DNA of 64,000 nucleotides from Cenococcum geophilum (lineage: Eukaryota). The notes beneath the pieces are model-generated. The model did no database searches, had not been told where the DNA came from, and saw only the letters and a program-made list of their open reading frames with translations. A program made the translations under genes and the position numbers. Shown here in pieces: positions 24,369 to 34,969 of the stretch (position 1 is the first letter of the stretch; each line of letters opens with the position of its first letter). Location of the stretch: the NCBI GenBank assembly GCA_050273025.1, contig CP158636.1, positions 2,976,001 through 3,040,000 on the forward strand, written 5' to 3'.

Positions 24369-27300
24369 ACGATAACCTTAGCCAACGTTTTCTTTATTAA
24401 TCTTAACACCACCATTTAAGGGCTAATATCTTGCCAATATCGTACGGTTCCCCATTATAATAGTCTTGGAATTTATCCTAACTTTACGGTTAAGTATACT
24501 TCCCCAATTTTTAAGCAATCTAATTAAATATATTAAGCTCTTACTCCTAAGGTTGTTTCTTTGTGTATAATAAAGAAATTAGGGGAGAAGGAGCCTTTTC
24601 CCAGTAGGATTCCCAAAGTCCTTTAACCCTTTTTAATATAGGCTTTACCCATTTTGGCTTCCAGTTAGCCTTAATATACTTTATATAACGGTTTAGATAA
24701 AGAATAAGGGCTATAGCGTAAAAGGGTAAATCGTCTATTTTACTGTAGTACTTATTAAAGGTTTCCTACCCCTTTTTAATCTAAGAGCTAAACTCCTTAT
24801 TAGAAGCATATTTAGACTACTATATAGTATTACTATCGTCTAATTTAGTAGGAAGTTTATTTATAAGTATGGCTTTAAAGTACTAGACAAGAATATCTAT
24901 AGTAAAGAGTATACTATTAATTATTACGTGATCTCCTTAAGTCTCTAGAGTTGCTTAATAGAATAGTTAAAGGAATTTCTTAGTTATATAAAGCTGTTCC
25001 TAGTCCTCTAGAGAGAGATAGTCTGCCTAGAGCGTAGTAAAGTGGTTCTTAGTATAGGTATTAATAGCTCCTACCTTTTAATCGGCTATAGCTAGCATTT
25101 AAAACTAGCTATTCCATCTTATACGGTTATTAAGTGGAATCATTCTCTCTGTAAGATCCTTAAACTCCTTTATACAACTAGCGGAACTACAGATATATAT
25201 AATGATATTATAAAGCTTGCCAAGTGGTCCTATAACCCAAAAGGTTGCCTATTTCTCCTCTTTATCTCCTACTTCCCCTTTTCCTTTCTATTTGTTGTAT
25301 AACTTAAGTTACTCTATTTTAATTTAACTGCAAAATAGGAAGGCTTATACGGCTAAGTTAATAATATAACCAGTACAGCGGATCCACCGATACGTAAAAT
25401 CCTATTTAATCTCCTCCTTTTCTAAGAGATAGGCTTTTATTTTGCGATAAAGGGTATCATTTAAACTAGTATTATCATAAATAATAGACCTAAGCTTTTG
25501 TATAATACCGTAGTCCTTAAGGACTGGGAGAAGAGTAGCGAATTACTTATCTCCGCTATAATTTGCTACTGTACGAAGGGTAAGGAGGGCCTTTGACCGC
25601 TTCTCCTAACCCTAATTAATAAAGTAGGCGCAGATCCCTAGAAGAAGGAGTCTATTTAGGGAGGTCCAGATATTAAGCAATAGATAAATACTTAATATTG
25701 CCAACTAAAGTTTCTTTTATATAATATCTTTATGAGCTTACCAGGATAGTTTAATCTTTTTTATAATTTAAGAGTGTGCTATTATAAGAAAGTTGGATAA
25801 TTCTGGATTAAGAACCCGGCAAAAAGTATAAAATTTAGGCTATTCAACAATACGGAATGGAATGTTTTGTATAATAATTAACGAAATTAAAGCCTTATTA
25901 ATTATATCCTGATCTAGCTGTTTTTAAAAAACCTGGGTATCTATTTCCGTTGTTTAACCTAAAGACTCTACTTTAATGTATAGTTGCTGAAGTTTTTTAA
26001 GTATCTCTAATTGTATCGGGCTAGTATCTTTTTTAACCTAAAGTAGGTGTTTTGAATTAAGATGCTTTCGAAAATTACTAGTAACTAGACTACTATATGG
26101 TAATTCTTATGGATAGTGAATGTAGTAGAGAATACGATTTCGACCTGAATATTCTGGCTCCGTGCTAAGCGCCGTATGAGCATGGGCCTATATTGTAACG
26201 GCTGTTCGGGTCCTTGTTGGGCGAGTTAAGGCCGAATTAACGGTAGTTAAAGGCGCAAGAAGAAATGATTCTGCTTCAGAATCCATATCCTGTATGATAG
26301 GGTAAAGGGAAGGTAAAAGCTAAGAATTTTTCTAGCGGTGAGGAAGTATGGACAATATTTGTAATCTATATCGATAAGATCCATATCGATAATGGATCGA
26401 TAAGATGGACGATAAGAGAATGGAAAACCAGCCTGTGCTCTATATCCGTAGGGTCCATATACGACTCCGTGTGAGACTCCGTGTAAAGCTCCGTATCTAT
26501 ATCTGCAGGAAAGATCGTACTAGTTAACCAATCCGTGGGCGTCGAGACGGGCAGCAATCGATTAATAAGGGGGGGACAGCCAAGGGAAGAAGCTCTCGCA
26601 AAGGCTCTAATACGTTAATTGGCTGTGCTTCTGACGTTCTGTCGGCCGTATACTGGTTTCCTAATTAGGTCTAGTGCCTGCGTGCCTGCGTGCCTGCGGT
26701 GATGCATCTTTGACTGCCGATCGAAGACGTCTGACGGCGACGGTGACTAATTCGATTTGACTGTGACAACGTATAATCGACTGACGTTCAGATAGGGTAT
26801 TAGGTCGGCCCGACCGAAGGCTCTAATTTAACGACTTGACTGTAGAGGCAGCGTTCGACTGATCAGGATTTGACAGAGGCTCTGGCTTAACTTAAGATGT
26901 CTTCTGCTGTATATACGATCGAGGCTCTATATCCGTAGGTTCGGCATCTGCGGACAATCGATTAAGACTCTAGCTGCACAGTCGTTCGGTCAGAGCCTTG
27001 TATCTATACAGTCAATTAAGGCTCCGCATCGTATAATTAGGGCTCTTAGTGTCCACTAGACGTCCAATCCAGAGACCTGTCTTAAGACTTCCTTCTTTGC
27101 GAGTACTAACGGTAGCTTCCTCTGAACCACTATGATAGGCCTAGCGCTTTTATAGGACGTCCCTAACAGCTGCTTTCTTCCTTTCCTAAACCGTCCTTAC
27201 TCTTAGCTTCTTCGGTGCATCCTTAGGCTTTTACGGCTGCTTCTTTGTTCCCGCTGCTAGCAGTACGCTCGCGCATCCTTAATCTTCCTCCGGCATAAGA

Positions 27301-28329
27301 GCCTTCTTAGGATTATCTTCTGCTTCTAGTCTCTTAATTACTGTCCTGCTAACTCCATGCTTTATCTAAGTCATCCTTCGAAACCATCCGGTGGCAGCTT
27401 CTCAGCTATTGTGACTATTTCCGTCGCATATCCCTTGCCCTTATGTCCACAGTACAGCCCTTTATTAAGACGACCTCTGAAGGAAAGCGCTGGCTCCTGT
27501 ACGTCCAATTCCTGTTTCCCTTACAATCCTTGACAAGGTCCTTCACTAGCTTAGCCAGACACGACTCGGTCCCGTCTTCAGTCGCATAAAGATGGCTTGG
27601 GCACGCGGTACTTTGTCACTGATATCATGCTGCTGCCTTTGTATAAGTCCCTTCCTTACCGCGGTGTCCGTTCTCATCGTGCAGCTGGCGCAGTACTGAA
27701 TTCGGATGGCGGTGGCAGTCGTGCTACGATCAGTCGTCGTTCGATTAAGAAACAAGGTCGGCCCGGTCGAAGGCTCTAATTTGACGACATTCGACTGATT
27801 CGATTCAGTGACGGCGACGTACTAACATCGAGGCTCTGGCTTAATTCGTTCCCTCGACTAGTCGCGGCTTCTGCGCAGTCATTCGACTAATCAAGGTTTC
27901 CGTGCGGTCGTTCGATCAAGGCTCTGCGTCTAGCTCTGCATTGTACAATCGGCTCTGTATCCGTGCAATCAATTAAGGCTCTCGGTGCCGTTCTCATCGT
28001 GCAGCTGGCGCATTTCCAGGGGCGGTATAGAGTTCTGCCGGCTTTACTGCTGAATAGACCAATCAGGATTTTCCGTGCCGGGCATAGAAAATCGCTATTG
28101 GCTCGGTGACAGGCGGTGAGCTGAGCTGACATCTTTACAGCAGGTCGTCGCGACTGACGTATCAACGCGTCGCCATCAAGAAAGTAAATAAGAAAAGAGC
28201 TTTAGGAAATACAGTAATTAAGCAGACAAATAGAAATCTTTTATACGTCACCTGCGTCCCCTCCCCCACCTTAGAACTTAACTGTCCCTTAGTCAAACAT
28301 CCTACACCTACTGCGGAGCCTGCTACGGG

Positions 28330-30279
28330 TCAATGGCTAACCTGGTCAAGCGTCCGTCTCCAAAACCGTTTCCAAGGGTCGGACGACTCATTCTCCTTCC
28401 TAGCTTCAGCTGTCTTGTCCGCAGGCCGTAACCTAATCTAAATATAACCTCCTGGTCGTACATTCTTCCCCTACGGTAAAGCCTGCGGCTCAACGGTTGC
28501 CCTAGCTATACGGCTGTCTCTAAGGGTTAGGCGAGTCTGCGGACGTTGCTGGCTGGGCATTACTGAGTCCATAGGCCGTACTTAATAGTAGTCCTCCCAG
28601 TTTATACGTGTTTCGTTACCATTCTTCAGCACTACTCCGTCATGGAAAGCAGTAAAATCCGTTTGTCCTATAGGGGCCTATTTCTGCATCTGTCCTTGTC
28701 CTTCTATTTTCTGACGTACCTGTCCATCCAGGTCTATTCCCCAGTACGTACGGAGCCAGTTCCTAATACCCTTCAATCGTCCTTCATTGCCGAGCCACGG
28801 AAGTTCGGGTCCAGGTCGTTCGCGCGTCCCAGCTACTAGTCTTCCTCAATTAGACAGATGTACAAGTCCTTGCTAAATAAGATCCTTTAAGCCTTAACAC
28901 TCGTGCTCGGTGAAACGGTGACTTCCTCCGCATCCAAAGCAGGTCTGCTGGTCTTGTCCTTGCGTACCTTGCTGACCCCATGCGTCCTATTGCGACCGTC
29001 CAAAGGCAGTAGAATCTTGCGGATATCGACAGCCTTGCGGATATTAAGAGTCTTGCGGAGGTCAAGAATCTTACGGAGGTCGGGTGCTGTTCTGCCAGTC
29101 TTCGTATCCTAGTGCTGGGCTTTAAACTGTAGCCTAATCCGTAGTAGGCGACTGCTGCTGCATTAGGGCTCCTCTATATACACCTAGTCTGACTAGGTCA
29201 AGAAGTCTCCCTTCTCTCCTACGGCTGAGCTCATTCTTTTGCTGCCGTAGCTCTTATATAAGCTGGACATTCAGGACATCTTCTTTTAAAAGGACAGCCA
29301 TTCGCTCAGCGTTCTCTGCAGCCATTATCCTTAACTCTACGGCCTCCTTCAGTCTTTCGAACACAAAGGTGCTAGGCTCGTCCACTACGGCTCCTGTCCT
29401 TTCTATTGCGTGCCTGCGGTAGTCAGTTGGAAGCCCCCATACGAACCATCGCCCTCTCTCCAGATCTGACAGATTGCCCGCCGCTATAGCTTTGGCTAAA
29501 ATGGTAGTAAAGTCCTACACATAGTAACGCAAGTCGCCCGGTTGTTCTGCAGATATTCGAACGTAAGCTTCCACAAAGTCTCTTATCTCCATGCGTCGGT
29601 AGTAGTCCTCAGCTCGATATTCGGTCCTAAGCCTTCTTATAAGCTCCGTCCAATCACCAACTATAAACTCAGGCAGGCTCCGAATCCACATCCCTATCCA
29701 GTAATCGCAGTACTCCGGAAGGCCCTGATGCTTCTCCTTGCTTGTGACGTGATATCGGGCGCATAGTCGTTCGTACTGCTTGATAAACTATAACACGTCC
29801 TATCCTATAAAGTACGGAGTTCCAGTAGTTCCTGGGGCTGGCATAGGCTGGGTCACAACGTAGATCCTATCTCGAGTCGTCGACTGCTAGTCATAGGGTA
29901 ATACATCTAGAGCTTCCTTGGGAGCTTGCATGTGGTCCTTACGGCTTTCATCCTTCGTCTGCTGAGGGTCATCGGTCCTAGGTACCACGGGTAAACGCTA
30001 CAGTAGATCTGCCTGCATGGCCGTGGTCTTAACAGAGGGTGTCCCAGATAGTTGTCCTAGCGGTACCCTAATAGGTAACTGCTGCGGCTGGTCTACCTAT
30101 ACAGCCATGTCCCTAACGGAGAGCACCTGCTTCTTAATGCCTGAGGGGGGGTCTTCCTGGGAGAGCACGGAATCTTCATCACCTACTGCCACCGGGTCTC
30201 GGTACGTCCATCTGTTTTGGCCTGTCGTTGTTCCGCGCGGTAGTTCTTTACGGAGTGCCTCCAGAGCCGCTGCTGACAT
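28330..30279 (-). pseudogene. gag: Gag-like ORF of element C
   Basis: Begins MSAAALEALRKELP at 30279; downstream reading gives ...DLERGRWFVWGLPTDYRRHA..., a gag-capsid-like F-x-x-G-L-P; stops and probable frameshifts. Confidence 0.55.
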
Positions 30280-30919
30280 AATCCGGATGACTCGAAAGAG
30301 GATAAAGCTAAGCCAGAATAGGAAGCTCTCAAGGATAGATCCGATCTCGTGTGCTTGCGGCCTTACTCGGTATTGTCTCCGTTCTTAAAAGGCAGTACTA
30401 ACTTCCTTTGCCGCCAGATGTCTTAGACCTCGTTTCCATCTAATTGATTGGCCCTTAGCTTGTCGTCTTTGCATCTTCAACAAAGGTCTGGCCATGCTCG
30501 GTAGTAGATCTCGGTAACTCCAACCGCCGGTTAAAGTTGTCTGATTGGCTCGCTGGTTCGCCCGACGTCCTTACACATAACTTTCCAAGACCCTTCTCTT
30601 CCTGTGACCGAGTCAAGGTGGCAAAGACATCCGATTTAGGTCGACAGACTTGCAGTCTTTTGCTTCTTATTGCCACTCTTTGGCCTGTGCGTTAAGTCTG
30701 GCTGTCCTGTCTTTTTCTGGTACTGCCTGGTTCCCCTTGCTGTTTGATATTGCCTGGTTCTCTTCTACTGTCTCGCCTGTCTGGCTGGCGGTTCTTCCGC
30801 AGCTGATCGTTCTTCTACAGCTGGCGGTTCTTCTATAGTCGTAGGATGTTCCTGCGTGTCTCCTGTGTGTCTCCTGTGTATATAGCACTAGACTTCTAAT
30901 CCAAAGAGCTTGCCGTCGT

Positions 30920-30936
30920 CCCCACGTGGAATGCCA
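30920..30936 (-). promoter_or_regulatory. Putative primer-binding site of element C
   Basis: TGGCATTCCACGTGGGG 7 nt inside the 5' LTR; has the form of a complement to a tRNA 3' end. Confidence 0.6.
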
Positions 30937-31179
30937 TAAAATATGTGGGAGGGTACGACCTCTCTAAGATAGGAAAGCCACAGTGCTATCAGTCTGTCTG
31001 TCGGTCGGTCGGTCGTAATCAGTCAGTAGAACAGTCAGTAAGAAAGAAAGAAAAGAGTGTATTTCCGGTAACTGGTAGAGTCGTGATATATATATAATAG
31101 AGGAAGGAAGGAAGGAAGCCGAAGGCTCTATAAATATAGGAAAATGCCAAGATAGTGGGCGACGTTTAATCTACACTAT

Positions 31180-32225
31180 TAGTGATCTACTTGGAGCGGG
31201 GTCTATTTGGAGCTTCAATGTGGATTCGGCTTCGATATGGATTTGGATTGGGCCTTCTGGTTGGTGGATTGGAGTGAATCTACGGTTGATTTGACTCTTG
31301 GAGCTCCAGATCTATACCCAATTCGGACTGCGGCTGAGGAGGAATAGAGCGCTAAGGGGTTAGTGCAAAAGAAGAAGCCAATCGGCAAGTCTCTTAACTC
31401 TACCACTGACTCACTGTCTAATAAGTAGTGTATTAGCTATAGAATCTAGGACACCTAGCCATCCTACCACTGCTGCCGTCACTTCTGCTGTTACGGTTTT
31501 GCATCTACACTTACTGTCGTGGTGTTGTATTTAACTTTCCTACCTCCACAATAGAACGATTTCTCTTAGTACGCCCGCCTCTACGTTACCCTTGCCCCAA
31601 AATTAATTAATTTAAAAGCCGACGACACAAAGAAGGTAGTTAAGTTTAAGCTGTAGGGTAAGAACTATATTTAATATAACGCCTTAATAAAGAAACTAAA
31701 GCATATAAAGTAACGCACGTTACCCGTCGCTCTTACTTATAAATAGATATTATTAAGGCCAATGAGTGCCTCTGCTATTGGTACGGGCCTCCGCGTAAGG
31801 GCACGTTTAATAATACAGATATTGGAGTTATAGAGGGAGAAGCCTACACAAATAGTACCACTAAAGGAGGCCTTAAAGGCTCGAGTTGCCGCGTATAAGG
31901 AAGCTAAGTGGGCTAGGTAAGCTAGTAGCTATAGAGCCAAATAATAACGAGAGTAAGAGCCACGATAAGGGCGCATATACTGCCTTTAAGGAGGCGATTA
32001 AGGTAGAAGATTACGAAGCTTCTTATATAAAGGCTTTATAATTTAGGGTTAATTTAGTACGTTTTTCTTTCCTTAACTTTTTCCTTACCTTCTACTAAGA
32101 CTTACTATTTATAGTATATATTTAATCTAGAGTCATATTAGAGTCCTAGAGCTCCACCGCCTCCTTAGCGTATAGAGTAGATTTAACCCCTAAATCTACT
32201 CCAGTCTAGTCTAATAAGATCACTA
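31180..32225 (+). mobile_element. Internally deleted hAT derivative (1046 bp)
   Basis: TIR TAGTGATCT/AGATCACTA (RIPed CAGTG); 8-bp TSD TACACYAY (31172-31179, 32226-32233); TGGATT subterminal repeats; DILL.PMSA remnant near 31746. Confidence 0.8.
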
Positions 32226-34040
32226 TACACCACTATAATATTAAAGATAATAAGTTTAATATAGGTAAAACATTCTATAATAATAAGGTAATAAAAGTAG
32301 CTTACTAGGAGTATATAGACCTTAAAGATATTATATAAAAGGTAGAGGATAATTTCACTATAGAATAAGGAACATTAGTAGGGATTAAGACCCCACTAGA
32401 TATAATATCTATTACTTTATAAGACGTAAAAGAAGTAGAATAGCGAACTACTTTAGCACTTAATAAAGGCAAAAGGCCATAAGCTTAAGATTCTTAAGAA
32501 GAGATATAGGACGCTTAAGATTCCTAAGATAGGATAAGATAAGCTTAAGAACCTATAGCGGACAACAACTAATAGAGTAGAGTAATAGCTTAGTTTAATA
32601 ATATATAAATAAGCTTAGGATAAAGTTTCCTATAAGTATAAGACTCTTAAAACAAAATTAATAAGATTTAAGATTCTTAAGATAAGATAAGGATACTAAA
32701 GAAGCTTAATTAAACTAAGGCTGGAGCTAAGCTTAAGATAGAGGTAAGCTTAGGATTAAGAATCCTATAGAACTAAGATTTCTAGACACAAATAAGGACT
32801 ATTAAAGAAATTGCGAGTAAGGCTTAGTAATAGGATTAAAACATTAATATCAAGATTAAGAAGTAAGAAGACTTTAAGGATCTACTTATAAGACGCAAAC
32901 TAAAAGAAAATATAGAGGAATTTAGACAGAATCCTTATATAGTAAGAATAGAAACTAGATAAGAGATCTAGTATACTAGGTTATATAAGGGATAGAGCAC
33001 CTATATAAAGAATTACTAATAGGCCTAGGGTAGGCACGCTAAGAGCTAAGTAGCTTACTAAACTAGAGGATAAAGAGGATCTAGGAATCCCTACTAGATT
33101 TAAAAAACAATATATAAAGGGCAGTTATAATATAGTAATAAGAAGATACTTCCTTATAGATAAGCTATATATACTCTAATAGCTATACTAAAAGTAGTAT
33201 AGATAGCGATATAACGATAAGTAGAAAGATTTTTATATATAAGAGTTTTATGCCTAGAAGTATATCGTTATATAAAAGGCTAGCTCTAGCTTAAGACCTT
33301 AACGAGTTTAATAAGATTGCTAAGGATCTTAATAGTATGATGTTTTAACCAAAAAGTTAAGACAAGTATAAGGACTTTATCTCTAAGACGCTATATAAGA
33401 TTTTAACAACTGCACTTTATTGGTAGTCTTAAGAACAGCAACGAAAGCGCTGGCCACGGCTCTCGCTTATAGTAAGTGAAATTCTCTTAATTCTAGTAAT
33501 AAGCAATAAGCCAGAAAGAGTCTTTTTAGGAGGACGTTATATGGTATTATAGGAGAGAATGCAAATAGATCCTAAAACTCTTAAGAAAATAGAGTGTTTA
33601 AAGAATTGGCATTAGAGAAGAACTATAAGAGAAATAGGTGGGTTTTCTCTAAGTATTTAGCTATTATATAGTTAGGGGGGAAAGGTACCATAATATCCGC
33701 AATATCTGCAATATCCGTAATATCCGTAATATCTGCAATATCTGCTAAATTCTACTAAGTCTACTAAATTCTACCGAATTCTGCCAGTACCGAGTCCTAT
33801 TCTACCTAGTTGGGGTAGAAAGCTCCGCATAGGGAACCTTTATCCTTATCAATTGCGATATTTTATACATTTTCTATTGGATAAAGGATATTTTATGCTC
33901 GCTTATTCGCATTATCTAAAACAACTCTACTACTTCCTGCTAAAGAACTAATTCCGTCTGACCAGCAGACGAACCCCTACGTCAGGAAAACGGGGAGTGG
34001 CGCAGGAAATTTGGTTTCGCTAAAAGTACTTTTGGGGCCC

Positions 34041-34260
34041 AGGGCTAGCTTTCCGCCATATTAGCCAAACCCTAGGGCTGTACGCTAGCTTTTCGCCATA
34101 TTAGCCAAACCCTAGGGCTGTACGCTGGCTTTTTGCCATATTAGCTAAACCCTAGGGCTATACGCTGGCTTTTCGCCATATTAGCCAAACCCTAGGGCTG
34201 TACGCTGGCTTTTCGCCATATTAGCTAAACCCTAGGGCTATACGCCAGCTTCTGGCTATA
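34041..34260. repeat. 40-bp tandem repeat, 5 full copies + partial
   Basis: Unit TACGCTGGCTTTTCGCCATATTAGCCAAACCCTAGGGCTG; no spacers. Confidence 0.95.
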
Positions 34261-34863
34261 AAATAAATATTATTACTATTATTGCATTTATTGCTATTAG
34301 GGTATTAAAATTCTAAAGGCCTCCTGTAGGCTCCTAGTAGGCTTTTTAGCAGGCTCTTAGCAGGACTTTGATTTTCCTAATTATTTAAATCGTCCTACAT
34401 AACAGTACCATCGGGTCCCCATTCTATTCCCAACAGCCTCTACACGTGCCTTTGTATACCCCTTATATACCTAAATGCCACCTTATTTTTTAACCTTTCT
34501 TTACCCTCCCTACCTAGGGAGGCACCAGAACGGCAGCTAGTAGAGGACTGTGACCAGAACTAGACGACGGTTGTTAGAACTAGATGACGGTCGTTAGAAC
34601 CAGACGACGGTAGAACCAGACGACGACCATTTGAATGACCAGCCAGCGAACACCATAATCGATTCGATCGATCGATCGAATCGAACTAGAGCCTTGATAT
34701 TAACCCATTACCAAATCGAATCGAATTAAGGCCTCCTAAGGAGGCACCCCAGATAACCACTGTTTGAATGTATAGCCGGTGAACGCCTGTAGAGAACGAT
34801 TTGAATTAATTAGAGCCTTTAATCGGGCCGATCCCTTCCCTAAATTAAATCAGGTACTGACAT

Positions 34864-34865
34864 GG

Positions 34866-34921
<56 letters not shown>

Positions 34922-34969
34922 TAGGTAGGTAGGTAGGTAGGTAAGCAGACAGGTAGGTAGGCAGGTAGG
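34864..34969. repeat. (GGCA)n/(GGTA)n microsatellite; related 9-mer array at ~35340-35465
   Basis: Direct inspection. Confidence 0.95.

Larger units (their letters stand above)
18177..26286 (-). pseudogene. hAT transposase (BED finger, DDE core, hATC dimerisation domain), in two pieces 24374-26286 and 18177-18364
   Basis: BED-like W..Y(C)..C..NFRKHL..KH (~26050-26190); NIWTS(=DxWTS) ~25660; TRWNS ~25110; C-terminal ILLIPAISDEPERVF.GARR. Confidence 0.9.
17908..26435 (-). mobile_element. hAT DNA transposon (~2.5 kb net), interrupted by Copia
   Basis: TIRs CAGTGTGGTTTTCCAT / ATGGAAAACCAGCCTG; 8-bp TSD TGCTCTAT (17900-17907, 26436-26443); subterminal ATCCAT/ATGGAT repeats. Confidence 0.95.
16142..32237 (-). 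mobile_element. Non-autonomous Gypsy-like LTR element (C): gag-like ORF, no RT/IN, long non-coding region; hosts two hAT insertions
   Basis: 240-bp LTRs 16142-16381 and 30944-32237 (latter split by hAT derivative); 4-bp TSD ATAT; PPT at 16382-16392; tRNA-type PBS at 30920-30936. Confidence 0.85.
14402..33680 (+). mobile_element. 3'-truncated Ty3/Gypsy element (B1; LTR + gag + gag extension), split by the insertion at 16142-32237
   Basis: LTR 14402-14820 shares its 3' half with LTRs of 39408-47354; gag from ATG 14862 aligns with 39877+; sequence resumes in register at 32242 matching 41155+; right end approximate. Confidence 0.8.

Noticed and set aside
34041..34260. CRISPR-like regular repeats
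   Set aside because: Units are contiguous with no unique spacers; fungal context; no cas genes
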